Source: Rhodanobacter sp. (GTDB taxonomy: Bacteria > Pseudomonadota > Gammaproteobacteria > Xanthomonadales > Rhodanobacteraceae). Taken from it: a DNA stretch of 64,000 nucleotides. The stretch covers positions 721-64,720 of the forward strand of contig JBDTXA010000004.1 in the NCBI GenBank assembly GCA_040006415.1, written 5' to 3'. The translations under genes and the position numbers were made by a program. The first letter of the stretch is position 1, and every line of letters starts with the position of its first letter. Positions 43,938 through 53,755 of the stretch are shown in pieces. Under the pieces are notes generated by a model. That model searched no databases. It was not told the origin of the DNA and saw nothing but the letters and a program-made list of their open reading frames with translations.

Positions 43938-44070
43938 GAATGGCACTTACTTAAGCGCAAAAGTCCAATTTCCGTCATTCCTGCGACAGCAGGAATCCAG
44001 TGACTTTAGGAGGTCGGAGGCACTGGATCCCCGCGTTAGCGAGGATGACGAGCTTAAGTAAGTCCCATTC
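43938..44070. repeat. CGTC-type REP doublet nested in a 19-bp outer inverted repeat (MITE-like)
   Basis: CGTCATTCCTGCGACAGCAGGAATCCAGTG...CACTGGATCCCCGCGTTAGCGAGGATGACG (43973-44050), flanked by GAATGGCACTTACTTAAGC and GCTTAAGTAAGTCCCATTC (18/19 match). Confidence 0.8.
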
Positions 44071-44120
44071 CACTCCGGGACGCTTTGCGCGAAGACAGCC
44101 ATCCGTCAGGACAGCAGCTC

Positions 44121-45446
44121 TCACTGTGCCACGGCGGGCGTTACCCGCCACACGGCGTTACCCACATCATCGGCCACCAGCAAAGCGCCTTTGCTATCGA
44201 GCGTGACACCCACCGGCCGGCCCTGCGCATGACCATCGCGATCGAGAAAGCCGGTAAGCACGTCTTCGGCGGGGCCTGAGGGTCGGCCGTCCGCGAACGG
44301 CACGAAGATCACCTTGTAGCCACTGCGCGGTCTGCGGTTCCACGAACCGTGTTGGCCGACGAAGGCACCGTTGGAGAAACGCGCTGGCATCAGCTGACCG
44401 GTGGAGAAGCACAAGCCCAGCGAGGCCGTGTGAGGGCCAAGCGCGTAATCGGGAACGATCGCCCGGGCGACCATCGCCGGATCCTGCGGCTTGACCCGGA
44501 CATCGAGGTGCTGGCCGTAATAGCTGTATGGCCAGCCATAGAAGCCGCCGTCCGCAACCGAGGTCATGTAGTCCGGTACCAGATCGCTGCCGATTTCGTC
44601 ACGCTCGTTCACGGCCACCCACAACGCGCTGCTCCTGGGTTGCCAGGCCATCCCGTTGGGATTGCGCAGCCCGGTGGCGAAGGGGCGCACGTCGCCGCTG
44701 GCGATGTCGATCTGAAGAATTCTTGCGCGGCCCTTTTCCGCGGCCAGCCCGTTCTCGCCCACGTTGCTGTTGGAACCCACCGTGACATAAAGCTTGCTGC
44801 CATCCGGACTGGCGATCACGTTCTTGGTCCAGTGGTGATTGATCGTGCCGGCGGGCAGGTCAGTGACCTTGGTGCCGGTGGTATTGATGGCTGTTTCGCC
44901 CGTCTGGTAGGGGAAGCTCAGCAAGGCGTCGCTGTCGGCGACATAGAACGTGTTGCCAACCAGAGCCATGCCGAACGGTGAGTTGAGACCTTTCAGGAAT
45001 ACGGTTCGCTTGTCGGCGACACCATCCCCGGTGGTATCGCGCAGCAGGGTAATGCGGTTGGCACTCGGCACCGTGGCGCCGGCGCGGCTCATCACCTTGT
45101 CCCCGATCCAGCCCTTGATGCCCTTGCTGTCGTCCGGTCTGGTCGGCGCATTGGTCTCGGCTACCAGCACGTCGCCGTTCGGCAAGGTGTAGAGCCAGCG
45201 TGGGTGATCCAGGCCAGTTGCGTAGGCCGCGACGGACAGGCCTGCAGCGGCAATCGGTTTCGCACCGGTTGGCCAGCCGACCGCCTTGGCGATGTTCATG
45301 GTCGGCAGCAGGGTATGGTTCGGCGCCGGGAGCTGCGGGGTGGCGCCCATACCTTTCTGCACGGTGAGCGTCGCCGTTTCGCCGCAGCCGGCCAACAGCA
45401 GCGATGCGCTCAGCGCGAAAAGCATTGGAAGAGACGTATGGCGCAT
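44121..45446 (-). CDS. Sorbosone dehydrogenase-family beta-propeller lipoprotein
   Basis: Lipobox LAGC; GLRNPNG, NERDEIG, FYGWPY, HGSWNR, GRPVGV. Confidence 0.88.
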   Translation of the reverse strand: MRHTSLPMLFALSASLLLAGCGETATLTVQKGMGATPQLPAPNHTLLPTMNIAKAVGWPTGAKPIAAAGLSVAAYATGLDHPRWLYTLPNGDVLVAETNAPTRPDDSKGIKGWIGDKVMSRAGATVPSANRITLLRDTTGDGVADKRTVFLKGLNSPFGMALVGNTFYVADSDALLSFPYQTGETAINTTGTKVTDLPAGTINHHWTKNVIASPDGSKLYVTVGSNSNVGENGLAAEKGRARILQIDIASGDVRPFATGLRNPNGMAWQPRSSALWVAVNERDEIGSDLVPDYMTSVADGGFYGWPYSYYGQHLDVRVKPQDPAMVARAIVPDYALGPHTASLGLCFSTGQLMPARFSNGAFVGQHGSWNRRPRSGYKVIFVPFADGRPSGPAEDVLTGFLDRDGHAQGRPVGVTLDSKGALLVADDVGNAVWRVTPAVAQ

Positions 45447-45530
45447 GCGGCGAGCTCCAGCGAATTCAGATTCCAGTGCACACTGCGAGAGCGCAAGAGC
45501 GCGTGAACACAGGCTCACAGGCGGCAGGCA

Positions 45531-47117
45531 TCACCAGTCAGTCGGTTTGTAATCCTTCAGAAACTGGCCCCACACGTGCTCACCACTGTTGATGCCGCTG
45601 ATGATCGGATCGACGATGCGCGCCGCACCGTCGACGATGTCCAGCGGCGGGTGGAAGCGTTCTTCGGCCACCTTGCGTGCCGCCAGCGCTGCCGGATCCT
45701 CGTCAGTCACCCAGCCGGTGTCGACGCTGTTCATATGGATGCCGTCGTTGTGATAATCGGTAGCCGAGGTACGCGTCATCATGTTCAACGCGGCCTTGGC
45801 CATGTTGGTATGCGGGTGACGGGTCGTCTTGAAATTGCGGTAGAACTGGCCCTCGACCGCCGACACGTTGACGATGTGCTTGTCGCGCTCGGGCGTGCGC
45901 AGCATCAACGGTTTCAATCGGGCGTTGATGAGGAACGGTGCGATCGCGTTGACCAGCTGCACTTCCAGCAATTCCACCGACGGCACCTCGGCCATCGTCA
46001 GGCGCCACGAGTTGCGTTCGCGCAGGTCGACCTGCTGCAGATCCTGGTCCAGGCGGCCGTCGGGGAACAGATGCTGCTGCGCCAGCAGTTCCTCCGGCAG
46101 CAACGGCAGCTGGGACAGCTCGGCGGCACGAGTCAGGCCCGACACGTTGGCGCCCGCACCGCCGACCATCGGTGCAGCACCTGAATCGGGAAGGATGTTG
46201 GTACCGCGCAAACCTTCATAGCGGCCGACCAACTTTCGCAGATGCTCGGGCATGTCATGCAGTGCGGCGGTCTCGCCCGCCATCATGTGTGCGTAGAAAT
46301 CCGGCGGGCGCCGTACCGTCTGGCAGGCGTTGTTGATGATGAAGTCCAGCCGTGGCCGCGTGGCGAGCAGCTCCTGACAAAACGCCTCGACGCTGGGCGT
46401 GTGCCGCAGGTCAAGGCCATAGACCTGCAGGCGATCGCTCCAGTCAGAGAAATCGGGCTCCTCGGCATAGCGGGCCGCCGAATCGCGCGGGAAGCGAGTC
46501 GTGACGATCAGCTCCGCGCCTGCGCGCAACAGCTTCAGACCGGCCTGATAACCAATCTTCACCCGGCCGCCGGTCAGCAGCGCCACGCGCCCACGCAGGT
46601 CGACCAGTTCGGTGCGCTTGGCGTAATTGAACGCAGCGCAGTCAGGGCACAACTGGTCGTAAAAAAAATGGATGGTCGAGTACTTCTTCTTGCAGACGTA
46701 GCAATGCTGCGGCTCGATTGCTTCGCGCGGCTGGTCGGCATCGACATCCGGATGGATATCCTGTGCCACGAAGTTCTGCGGCACGAAGGTATTGGGCGTA
46801 GTGAAAACCGGTCTGCGGCGCAGGGCGCGGATACCGGTGTTGTTGAGCACGGAGTCCTCGGCCTGGATCCTGGCCGCGTGTTTTGCTTTCTCTGCTGCCT
46901 TCAGCTTGATCCGCCGTGCACCCGGATCCGGGTGATACAAGGTGGCTACCGCCTGTTGCAGGCGCCGGCGATCATCGGCGGGCAGCTGATCCAACAAGTG
47001 CCGATTGGCGGCTACTGACTCGAGCAGTTCCGCTGCGGCGCGCAGCTGTGCCAACAGTGCGTTATCCGCATCGTTCGACAAGGGCATGTTGGCAGTTGGG
47101 GTGGTCAATTCAGTCAT
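45531..47117 (-). CDS. SDR oxidoreductase with an N-terminal CxxC...CxxC extension
   Basis: CYVC...CPDC, TGGRVKIG, INNA, HTNMAK, VDTGW. Confidence 0.85.
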   Translation of the reverse strand: MTELTTPTANMPLSNDADNALLAQLRAAAELLESVAANRHLLDQLPADDRRRLQQAVATLYHPDPGARRIKLKAAEKAKHAARIQAEDSVLNNTGIRALRRRPVFTTPNTFVPQNFVAQDIHPDVDADQPREAIEPQHCYVCKKKYSTIHFFYDQLCPDCAAFNYAKRTELVDLRGRVALLTGGRVKIGYQAGLKLLRAGAELIVTTRFPRDSAARYAEEPDFSDWSDRLQVYGLDLRHTPSVEAFCQELLATRPRLDFIINNACQTVRRPPDFYAHMMAGETAALHDMPEHLRKLVGRYEGLRGTNILPDSGAAPMVGGAGANVSGLTRAAELSQLPLLPEELLAQQHLFPDGRLDQDLQQVDLRERNSWRLTMAEVPSVELLEVQLVNAIAPFLINARLKPLMLRTPERDKHIVNVSAVEGQFYRNFKTTRHPHTNMAKAALNMMTRTSATDYHNDGIHMNSVDTGWVTDEDPAALAARKVAEERFHPPLDIVDGAARIVDPIISGINSGEHVWGQFLKDYKPTDW

Positions 47118-47411
47118 CCATTATTGAAGGGAAAGGGCGCAGTGGTCTTTATCGACGCATCTGACGCGCCAATCAACCGCCTATTTTGCCCGTTTTTGAG
47201 TTACTTCGGGGATTGGCAGCCACATAACCGGTTTGTTGATGTCCCGCGCAACCGCGAGTAATGCCAGACGGCGCACATTTGTCGTAACGGCGGCGTGCGA
47301 TGCTGATGTCGAGGTCACTTGGGGGCGCTTGTGGCACCGAGCGTCCCGCCCACGAAGGCGACGAGGCCCCTTGTGCAGAACCCCGCATTTGCAGTTGTGT
47401 CGGAGGCCTCG

Positions 47412-48455
47412 ATGGCTCGTTCAAATCAATTTTCCGATCGTCTCGTTGACGCCATGCTTGGCGATCTGCCCTCGGCGCATCCAGCCCCTTCCAGCGGTCG
47501 GCAGCTTGCCGCTCCGCGCACGACATCCACTCCCAAGCCATTGAAAAAATGTACGCGCATCCGTTTTGTGTACTTCTCAGCCGCGAACGAAAGTGCCCCT
47601 CGCTCGCTTTACCACCAAAAACTGATCAGAGCCGAAATGTTGCTTGACCGGCTGCTGGCTGCGCATGCCGCCGGCCAGCGTGCGATGGCCCCCACGCTGG
47701 GCAATGCCGACGAAGCGAGGGCCAACGTTCGTCCGCCACGCGACCTCTTTCATCCGAATACGCTTGAGTACCGCCGCTGGTATGACGAAAGCGGTGCCCT
47801 GCGCAGGCGTCCGCTTACCCAGGAGTCGCTCGCGAACCTGCTGGTTACCGTAGATGGACTGTCGCGGGAAGAGGCGAAGAATCGAGCGGTTCATCGGTCG
47901 CACGCGCTGGCCGAGGCGGACCAGGCGTGGCTGATCGAGCGCAGGCGGGTAGCGCTGGAACAACGGCCACTCAACAAGTCCGAATGGTGCGCGCTGGTCT
48001 TGGCCATCGATGGTATCTACGAGGCGTCGCCCGGTTCGTCCCATGTTGAGCTGTCCAATCGCGAAATCACCTGTCGCGTCGCCGCCCTGCTTGGCGCGAT
48101 GCTGGACGAATACGTCGCGCCGCCGTTCTGTGCGGACGTGCTGAATCGCGCCTTTGCCGAGCAGCATCTCGCCCATCTGCGTCGCACCATCGCCACGTGC
48201 CAATCGGCTCCCGTGCCGGGGGATTTGCTGATCGGTCCGGTAGCCTGGTTTGCAGCGAAGGCTGCGCGTATGCGAGCCGAACATCAGTTGGGTCTGGCGA
48301 TGTCACATGGGTGCGCCCCGGAAATGCGCCTGTCGGGGCGTCCGGTGGTGACGGTGGTCGGTGGCCGACTGCGTACTTTCATGGATGGCTGGCGGCGGGG
48401 CCGCCTGAGTTCCAGTGTCGTCTATCCAACAACGGACACCGCTTTGGCAGGTTGA
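47412..48455 (+). CDS. Hypothetical protein (347 aa), no recognised family
   Basis: Long ORF filling the gap between flanking genes; GGAGG SD at 47402-47406. Confidence 0.65.
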   Translation: MARSNQFSDRLVDAMLGDLPSAHPAPSSGRQLAAPRTTSTPKPLKKCTRIRFVYFSAANESAPRSLYHQKLIRAEMLLDRLLAAHAAGQRAMAPTLGNADEARANVRPPRDLFHPNTLEYRRWYDESGALRRRPLTQESLANLLVTVDGLSREEAKNRAVHRSHALAEADQAWLIERRRVALEQRPLNKSEWCALVLAIDGIYEASPGSSHVELSNREITCRVAALLGAMLDEYVAPPFCADVLNRAFAEQHLAHLRRTIATCQSAPVPGDLLIGPVAWFAAKAARMRAEHQLGLAMSHGCAPEMRLSGRPVVTVVGGRLRTFMDGWRRGRLSSSVVYPTTDTALAG

Positions 48456-48486
48456 AGCGCTGCGGGCAGCGGTCTGTCGCGGCCAG

Positions 48487-49362
48487 TCAGTTCACGTCGC
48501 TGCGTACCTGAGCATGGCTGATCAAGGCAAAGATCAGGCTGCCGCCGACGATATTTCCGGCCAACGTAGGCAGCGCGAAGGCAAACACGTAATCATGGAA
48601 AGCGAGTTGACCCGCAAAAACCAGATAAAAGGTTTCCACCGAACCGACGATGATGTGGGTGAAACCTGAAATGGCGATCACATAGGTCGTCAGGATGATC
48701 ACCAAAACTTTTGACCGCTCGGTAGCCGCCAGCATCCATACCATCATCGAAATCAGCCAGCCGGCAAGGATGCCCTTAGTGAACATCTGAAATGGCGAGT
48801 TATGCATCAACTCTTCCCCGAGAGCGAAGAAAGCCTTCTGGGTCGCGCTGTCGAATTGCTGCAGATGCAACAGCCCGTAGGCAAACAGAGCCACCCCGAT
48901 CAGGTTGCCCAGCAGCACCACCGACCAGAGCCGCAACAGACAGCCGAGCTTGGCCAGACTCGGTTCGGTCATTGTCGGCAGCACGACGGTCATGGTGTTT
49001 TCCGTGAACAGCTGTTGCCTCGACAGGATCACCACCAGAAAACCGAAACAGTAGCCGAAGCCTTCGATCAGCGCTGCCGCCGGCATCCCCTCGGTGTAGC
49101 GATGCAGCACGCCCCGAGCGAGCATCGAAAAACCCATCGACAGTCCAGCTGCAAGCGATGACCAGCCAAGCGCAGCGACACTGCGCTTCAGCTCCACCTC
49201 GCCAGCGCGCCGGATGATTTCGTGCAGTACAGCGGCGCGCGGAGGACTCTTTTCCTCGACGTCATTTTTTTCGCCATGGGACAGCGCGAACCCGTCGCCT
49301 GCTTCGGACGACAGTTCGGTATCCGGATCGTCACCGGGCTTGCCCTTCGGTTTCTCGGCCAT
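48487..49362 (-). CDS. Formate/nitrite transporter family protein (YfdC-like)
   Basis: QLFTENT, GNLIG, AGWL, HIIVGS, GNIVGG. Confidence 0.9.
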   Translation of the reverse strand: MAEKPKGKPGDDPDTELSSEAGDGFALSHGEKNDVEEKSPPRAAVLHEIIRRAGEVELKRSVAALGWSSLAAGLSMGFSMLARGVLHRYTEGMPAAALIEGFGYCFGFLVVILSRQQLFTENTMTVVLPTMTEPSLAKLGCLLRLWSVVLLGNLIGVALFAYGLLHLQQFDSATQKAFFALGEELMHNSPFQMFTKGILAGWLISMMVWMLAATERSKVLVIILTTYVIAISGFTHIIVGSVETFYLVFAGQLAFHDYVFAFALPTLAGNIVGGSLIFALISHAQVRSDVN

Positions 49363-49526
49363 GGCAGACGTTCTCTGATCGTTCGGTGCGTAAATGCACC
49401 TGATCCTGGGGTCTGCGATGTGTGGGCGGCGTGGATTTCCGGTTCGTCGAGCGACTTGGCATTCACTCGAGGGACATCCGCCAGCCAACACACTGCATCG
49501 TTTGATCTTCGGGAGCATCAGTTCAC

Positions 49527-50648
49527 GTGGGTAATGCAGACCAACGTCTAACAACACTTCGCAACTGGTGGCGACAGGCCATCTGCGTGGCGGGATTCTT
49601 GTGCGCCAGTGCCAGTGCCGCATCCTTCGGTCGCACCGCTCAGGCTGGCAGTGGAAGTCTAAAGATGGATGTGATCCGTGACCGGCTGACCCTGGAAGTA
49701 ACCCGCTACCCGCAGGTCTACCTGCACGGCGAAATCGATGCCGGTGCACCGCGGCGGTTCCAGGCGCTGATGAACTCCGGACAGATTCCCGCCGGTTCGG
49801 ACATCTATCTCAACGCGCCCGGCGGTGACATCAAGGCCGGCATGGCGCTGGGACGGATGTTTCGCGCGGGCGGGATGGCGACCCACCTGGGTACACCGCG
49901 GCAACCGAAACATGCCAGTGCCGCAGCGAAAACAGCGATCTGCCTGGATGCCTGCACCTACGCCTATTTCGGCGGCCTGTTTCGCTGGACTCCCAGCGGC
50001 AGCGATCGTATCGGACTCACGACGCTGCCAGTCGCTGGTGAGAAAGGTTCACCAGACGTGGCCGTATATATGAAAGCCATGGGAATCGCTCCGGGCGCAT
50101 TGGCATCGGCCACGATGTCGTCGGACAGCAAACCGAGGTGGATGACAGCAGACCAGATGACCAGTGCTGGCCTGGCCAACAACGGCCAGCTTCCACCCAC
50201 CGCCACCTACAACCTTTCCGCTTCGGCGCCAACGCTGGAAGTGCGTCAGGTCGACCGCAAGGGAACCCATCGCCTGGTTGTCCAGTGCCAGCCTGGCAAG
50301 ACCACCGTGACTACCTACGACGAAGTCGGGCTGGAGCGGGCCCGTCAGGTGGTGGCTCGCGGCAAGCAGTCCTATTTTCAGCTCGATGGCCGCAAGTTTC
50401 TCGAGCAGGCAAGCAAAGGCGCCTCCGTCGACGAGAACGCACTGATGGTTCGTCGCGACTATCCGCCGGTCGATCTGGTCGACCTGATTTCGGCGTGGTC
50501 TTTCGGCGCCTGGGTCGGCGGCCGCAACGACGCTTTCCGCGATGGCTTCACGATGTCATTGCACCCTGTACACAAGCAGCTCAAGGTCTATTACTACGCG
50601 TGCTGGCGAGCTGCACCGTGGCCGGCGAGGCAGAAGAAACCGGGCTGA
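49527..50648 (+). CDS. Exported protein with a ClpP/crotonase-like (COG3904-type) domain
   Basis: Signal-like N-terminus; LHGEI, YLNAPGG..AGMALGR..R, CLDAC..AY.GG..R. Start uncertain. Confidence 0.65.
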   Translation: MGNADQRLTTLRNWWRQAICVAGFLCASASAASFGRTAQAGSGSLKMDVIRDRLTLEVTRYPQVYLHGEIDAGAPRRFQALMNSGQIPAGSDIYLNAPGGDIKAGMALGRMFRAGGMATHLGTPRQPKHASAAAKTAICLDACTYAYFGGLFRWTPSGSDRIGLTTLPVAGEKGSPDVAVYMKAMGIAPGALASATMSSDSKPRWMTADQMTSAGLANNGQLPPTATYNLSASAPTLEVRQVDRKGTHRLVVQCQPGKTTVTTYDEVGLERARQVVARGKQSYFQLDGRKFLEQASKGASVDENALMVRRDYPPVDLVDLISAWSFGAWVGGRNDAFRDGFTMSLHPVHKQLKVYYYACWRAAPWPARQKKPG

Positions 50649-51591
50649 ATTCGGCAATGATGATGACGTTTCAGGCCATGAGCGACTTGGGGGGGTATCC
50701 TGGCCAGGCGAGGTGAAATGCGGCATTGGGCCGGCAGGATCGAGTGGTCGACGCCTGAATCAATCCTCCCGGCTGCCGCTGCACCACTGGCTTTCGCAAA
50801 GTTTCCCGTCACCGTCACCGTCCATCTGTGTGCCGGGACACTGTTTGAGAAAGAAGGTTGCCTCAGCGCATGAAGTCATCTGGGAGCACCTCGTGCGGCC
50901 GTCGCAGCGGAATGTTCGCGTCGATGGGCCGGGCAGGGCGCGAATAGCTGTGCCGTTGGGGCGGAGCGCGGGTTGTTCTCGGCGACGTACCGCAAGTAGC
51001 CGTACCAGCCGATGGCAGCGGCTGCCGGCAAACCGCCGATCACCGCAAACGGACTCAGCGTTCGCGTTGCCTGGCGTACGCGATTTACATGACGCATCGT
51101 GGTCTTGCTACCGGAGCGCATCACGCGCCGTGCCCGCTTTTTCGATCGCGGTGAAGTTCAATTTCGAAGGAGATAATTTCACCGACGCGAGGGCGAACGC
51201 CGTCACGCGGAAAAGCGGAGATGTAAACGAAGAGTTACTCGATCCCTGCCGACAGCTCGATGAAGCCAAGACCCCGATCGAGGTTCCATTTCACCAGCGT
51301 GCCATGGGTTCGCACAGACGAGTTCCCTAAGTTCATAGCGATGCGTGCCATCTCCCTGGCCCGGCGGCTTTTCCGGTTTGCCATGATGCCTCGATTTTCC
51401 ATACCGGGAATCAGTTGCCGATAGAAGGATGGTCATGGAAGAAATCGGCTGGGGCGTCTTGTTCGCACAAGATCACCACCCAAGCGCTTGTGGCTCGCCA
51501 ACCGATCTCTTCGTCGGCGCGTCCTTCATCGTGCATACACGCTATTTTGCCAAGTCACCCGATAAACGGGTGTTTCCCGCCGGAGAACCTC

Positions 51592-52158
51592 ATGGAACTT
51601 CAAGGTAGAAAAATTGCGATCCTCGTTTCACCGCGTGGCACCGAAGAGCCAGAATTCACCAAGCCCAGGCAAGTGATCGAGGACGCTGGGGGTGTCGTCA
51701 CGGTGGTGAGTTTTGAATCCGGCATGGCGCGTGCCGCCAACAACGACCTCGATGAAGGTGGCTGCTATCCGATCGACCAGATCTTGGAAGACGTCACGGC
51801 CGATGACTTCGATGCGCTGGTGGTGCCAGGCGGTAGCGTAGGTGCGGACCGTCTGCGCGGCAACGACCAGGCCGTTTCGTTGGCACGTGCCTTCTTCGCA
51901 CAGGAGAAGCTTGCCGCGTTGATCTGCCATGCGCCTTGGCTGCTGGTTGAAGCCGATGTGCTGGATGGACGCACATTGACCTCGTACGCGACCCTTAAAT
52001 CGGATATCGAAAACGCCGGTGGTCGCTGGGTTGGCGAAGAAATTGTTGTTGATGGACTGATCACCAATCTCGACCCCAAGAATCTCCCCGCCTTCTGCGC
52101 CTAGCTCGTCGGAGAGTTCTGCGAGGGCAAACATGCGGTGCAGGCGAGGAGCGCCTGA
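51592..52158 (+). pseudogene. PfpI/DJ-1 family (YhbO-like) gene with an in-frame TAG near the C-terminus
   Basis: DFDALVVPGG, ICHAPW. TAG at 52102-52104 is followed in frame by LVGEFCEGKHAVQARSA and TGA at 52156-52158. Confidence 0.7.
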
Positions 52159-52277
52159 GAATCGCGTAACCGACGAACTTGGTCCAGTACACGGCGCACC
52201 GCGCTGAAAAACATCGATCGACCGCACTGGATCATCCGACCCCGCCGCCTGAATCCAAAACATCTGCTGAGGCACTC

Positions 52278-52775
52278 ATGAACTTCACCATCAACGGTCA
52301 GCCACATCAAGTCGATCCGGATATCCGCACCTCGGTGCTTGATCTCCTGCGCGAACACCTCGGTCTGACCGGCAGCAAGAAAGGCTGTGACCACGGTCAG
52401 TGTGGCGCTTGCACGGTGCTCATCAACGGTCGGCGAATCAATAGCTGCCTGACCCTCGCTGTGATGCATCAGGACGATGAGATCGTGACGGTGGAAGGGC
52501 TCGGCTCGATCGGCAACCTTCACCCCATGCAGGCGGCCTTCGTGGCGCACGACGGTTTCCAGTGCGGCTACTGCACGCCAGGTCAGATCTGTTCCGCCGT
52601 GGGCATGCTCGACGAAGCAGGAAGGGGCTGGCCCAGCCACGTGACGGCGGATCTGCGCCACGCCGAGCTGACGGATGCGGAGATCAGCGAGCGTATGAGC
52701 GGCAATATCTGCCGCTGTTCCGCCTATCCCAACATCGTCGACGCCATTCGCGAAGTGGCCGGAGAGGTCGAATGA
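52278..52775 (+). CDS. Aldehyde oxidoreductase 2Fe-2S subunit (PaoA/YagT-like)
   Basis: [25 protein letters not shown]. Confidence 0.92.
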   Translation: MNFTINGQPHQVDPDIRTSVLDLLREHLGLTGSKKGCDHGQCGACTVLINGRRINSCLTLAVMHQDDEIVTVEGLGSIGNLHPMQAAFVAHDGFQCGYCTPGQICSAVGMLDEAGRGWPSHVTADLRHAELTDAEISERMSGNICRCSAYPNIVDAIREVAGEVE

Positions 52776-53755
52776 AAACCTTTGCCTACGAGAAGGCGAG
52801 CAGCCCCGAGGCCGCGGTGGCGCACGCCGACGCAACCACGCGCTTCATCGCTGGCGGCACAAACCTCCTGGACTTGATGAAGCTGCAGGTGGAGACGCCG
52901 GAAAAGCTGATCGATATCAGCCGGCTTGACCTCGGTGACATCGAGGACATGGACGACGGGGGCCTGCGCATCGGTGCGCTGGTTCCCAACAGCGACCTCG
53001 CCGCTGACCAGCGGGTGATAGAGCACTACGAGCTTCTAAGCCGCGCCTTGCTGGCCGGCGCATCGGGGCAGTTGCGCAACAAGGCGACCACCGGCGGCAA
53101 TCTTCTCCAGCGAACTCGCTGCTACTATTTCTATGACCCGGCCAGTCCGTGCAACAAGCGCGAGCCGGGCACCGGCTGCTCGGCGATCAACGGCTTCAAC
53201 CGCATCCTCGCGGTGCTTGGTACCAGCGAGCACTGTATCGCCACGCATCCGGGCGACATGCCGGTAGCCATGCGCGCGCTCGACGCCACCATCGTCACGC
53301 TGACGCCGGCCGGTAGCCAGCGACGCATCTCCATCCATGACTTCTATCGACTTCCGGGCGACACACCGCATCTTGAAACTGTGCTGGAAGCGGGAGAGCT
53401 CATCACCTACGTCGAGTTGCCACCAGCGCCGGCCGGTGCGCGCCAGCTCTATCGCAAGGTGCGTGATCGCGCTTCCTACGCATTCGCCTTGGTGTCGGTG
53501 GCAGCCGTCGTTGTCGTCGATGACGGAAAGATCGCCAGCGCGTCACTGGCCTTCGGTGGTCTGGGTCCAATGCCGTGGCGTGATCCCGCGGTGGAGGCGG
53601 CACTGATTGGCCGCGAACCTTCGACCGCTATATTCGACGCGGCCGCCGACGCGCTTTTGAAAGATGCCACCGGCCAGGGCTCGAACGATTTCAAGATTTC
53701 CCTCGTCCGCCGCACCTTGATCGCCTGCCTGCGCGAGCTGACTGGAGAAGCGTGA
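52772..53755 (+). CDS. Aldehyde oxidoreductase FAD subunit (PaoB/YagS-like)
   Basis: [26 protein letters not shown]...[16 protein letters not shown]; ATGA overlap. Confidence 0.92.
   Translation: MKTFAYEKASSPEAAVAHADATTRFIAGGTNLLDLMKLQVETPEKLIDISRLDLGDIEDMDDGGLRIGALVPNSDLAADQRVIEHYELLSRALLAGASGQLRNKATTGGNLLQRTRCYYFYDPASPCNKREPGTGCSAINGFNRILAVLGTSEHCIATHPGDMPVAMRALDATIVTLTPAGSQRRISIHDFYRLPGDTPHLETVLEAGELITYVELPPAPAGARQLYRKVRDRASYAFALVSVAAVVVVDDGKIASASLAFGGLGPMPWRDPAVEAALIGREPSTAIFDAAADALLKDATGQGSNDFKISLVRRTLIACLRELTGEA

Noticed and set aside
50542-51436. Several ORFs in the gap before PfpI (262 aa plus; 82 aa and 77 aa minus)
   Set aside because: Overlapping and low-complexity with no recognisable motif. 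The region may hold decayed genes but I cannot support a call.
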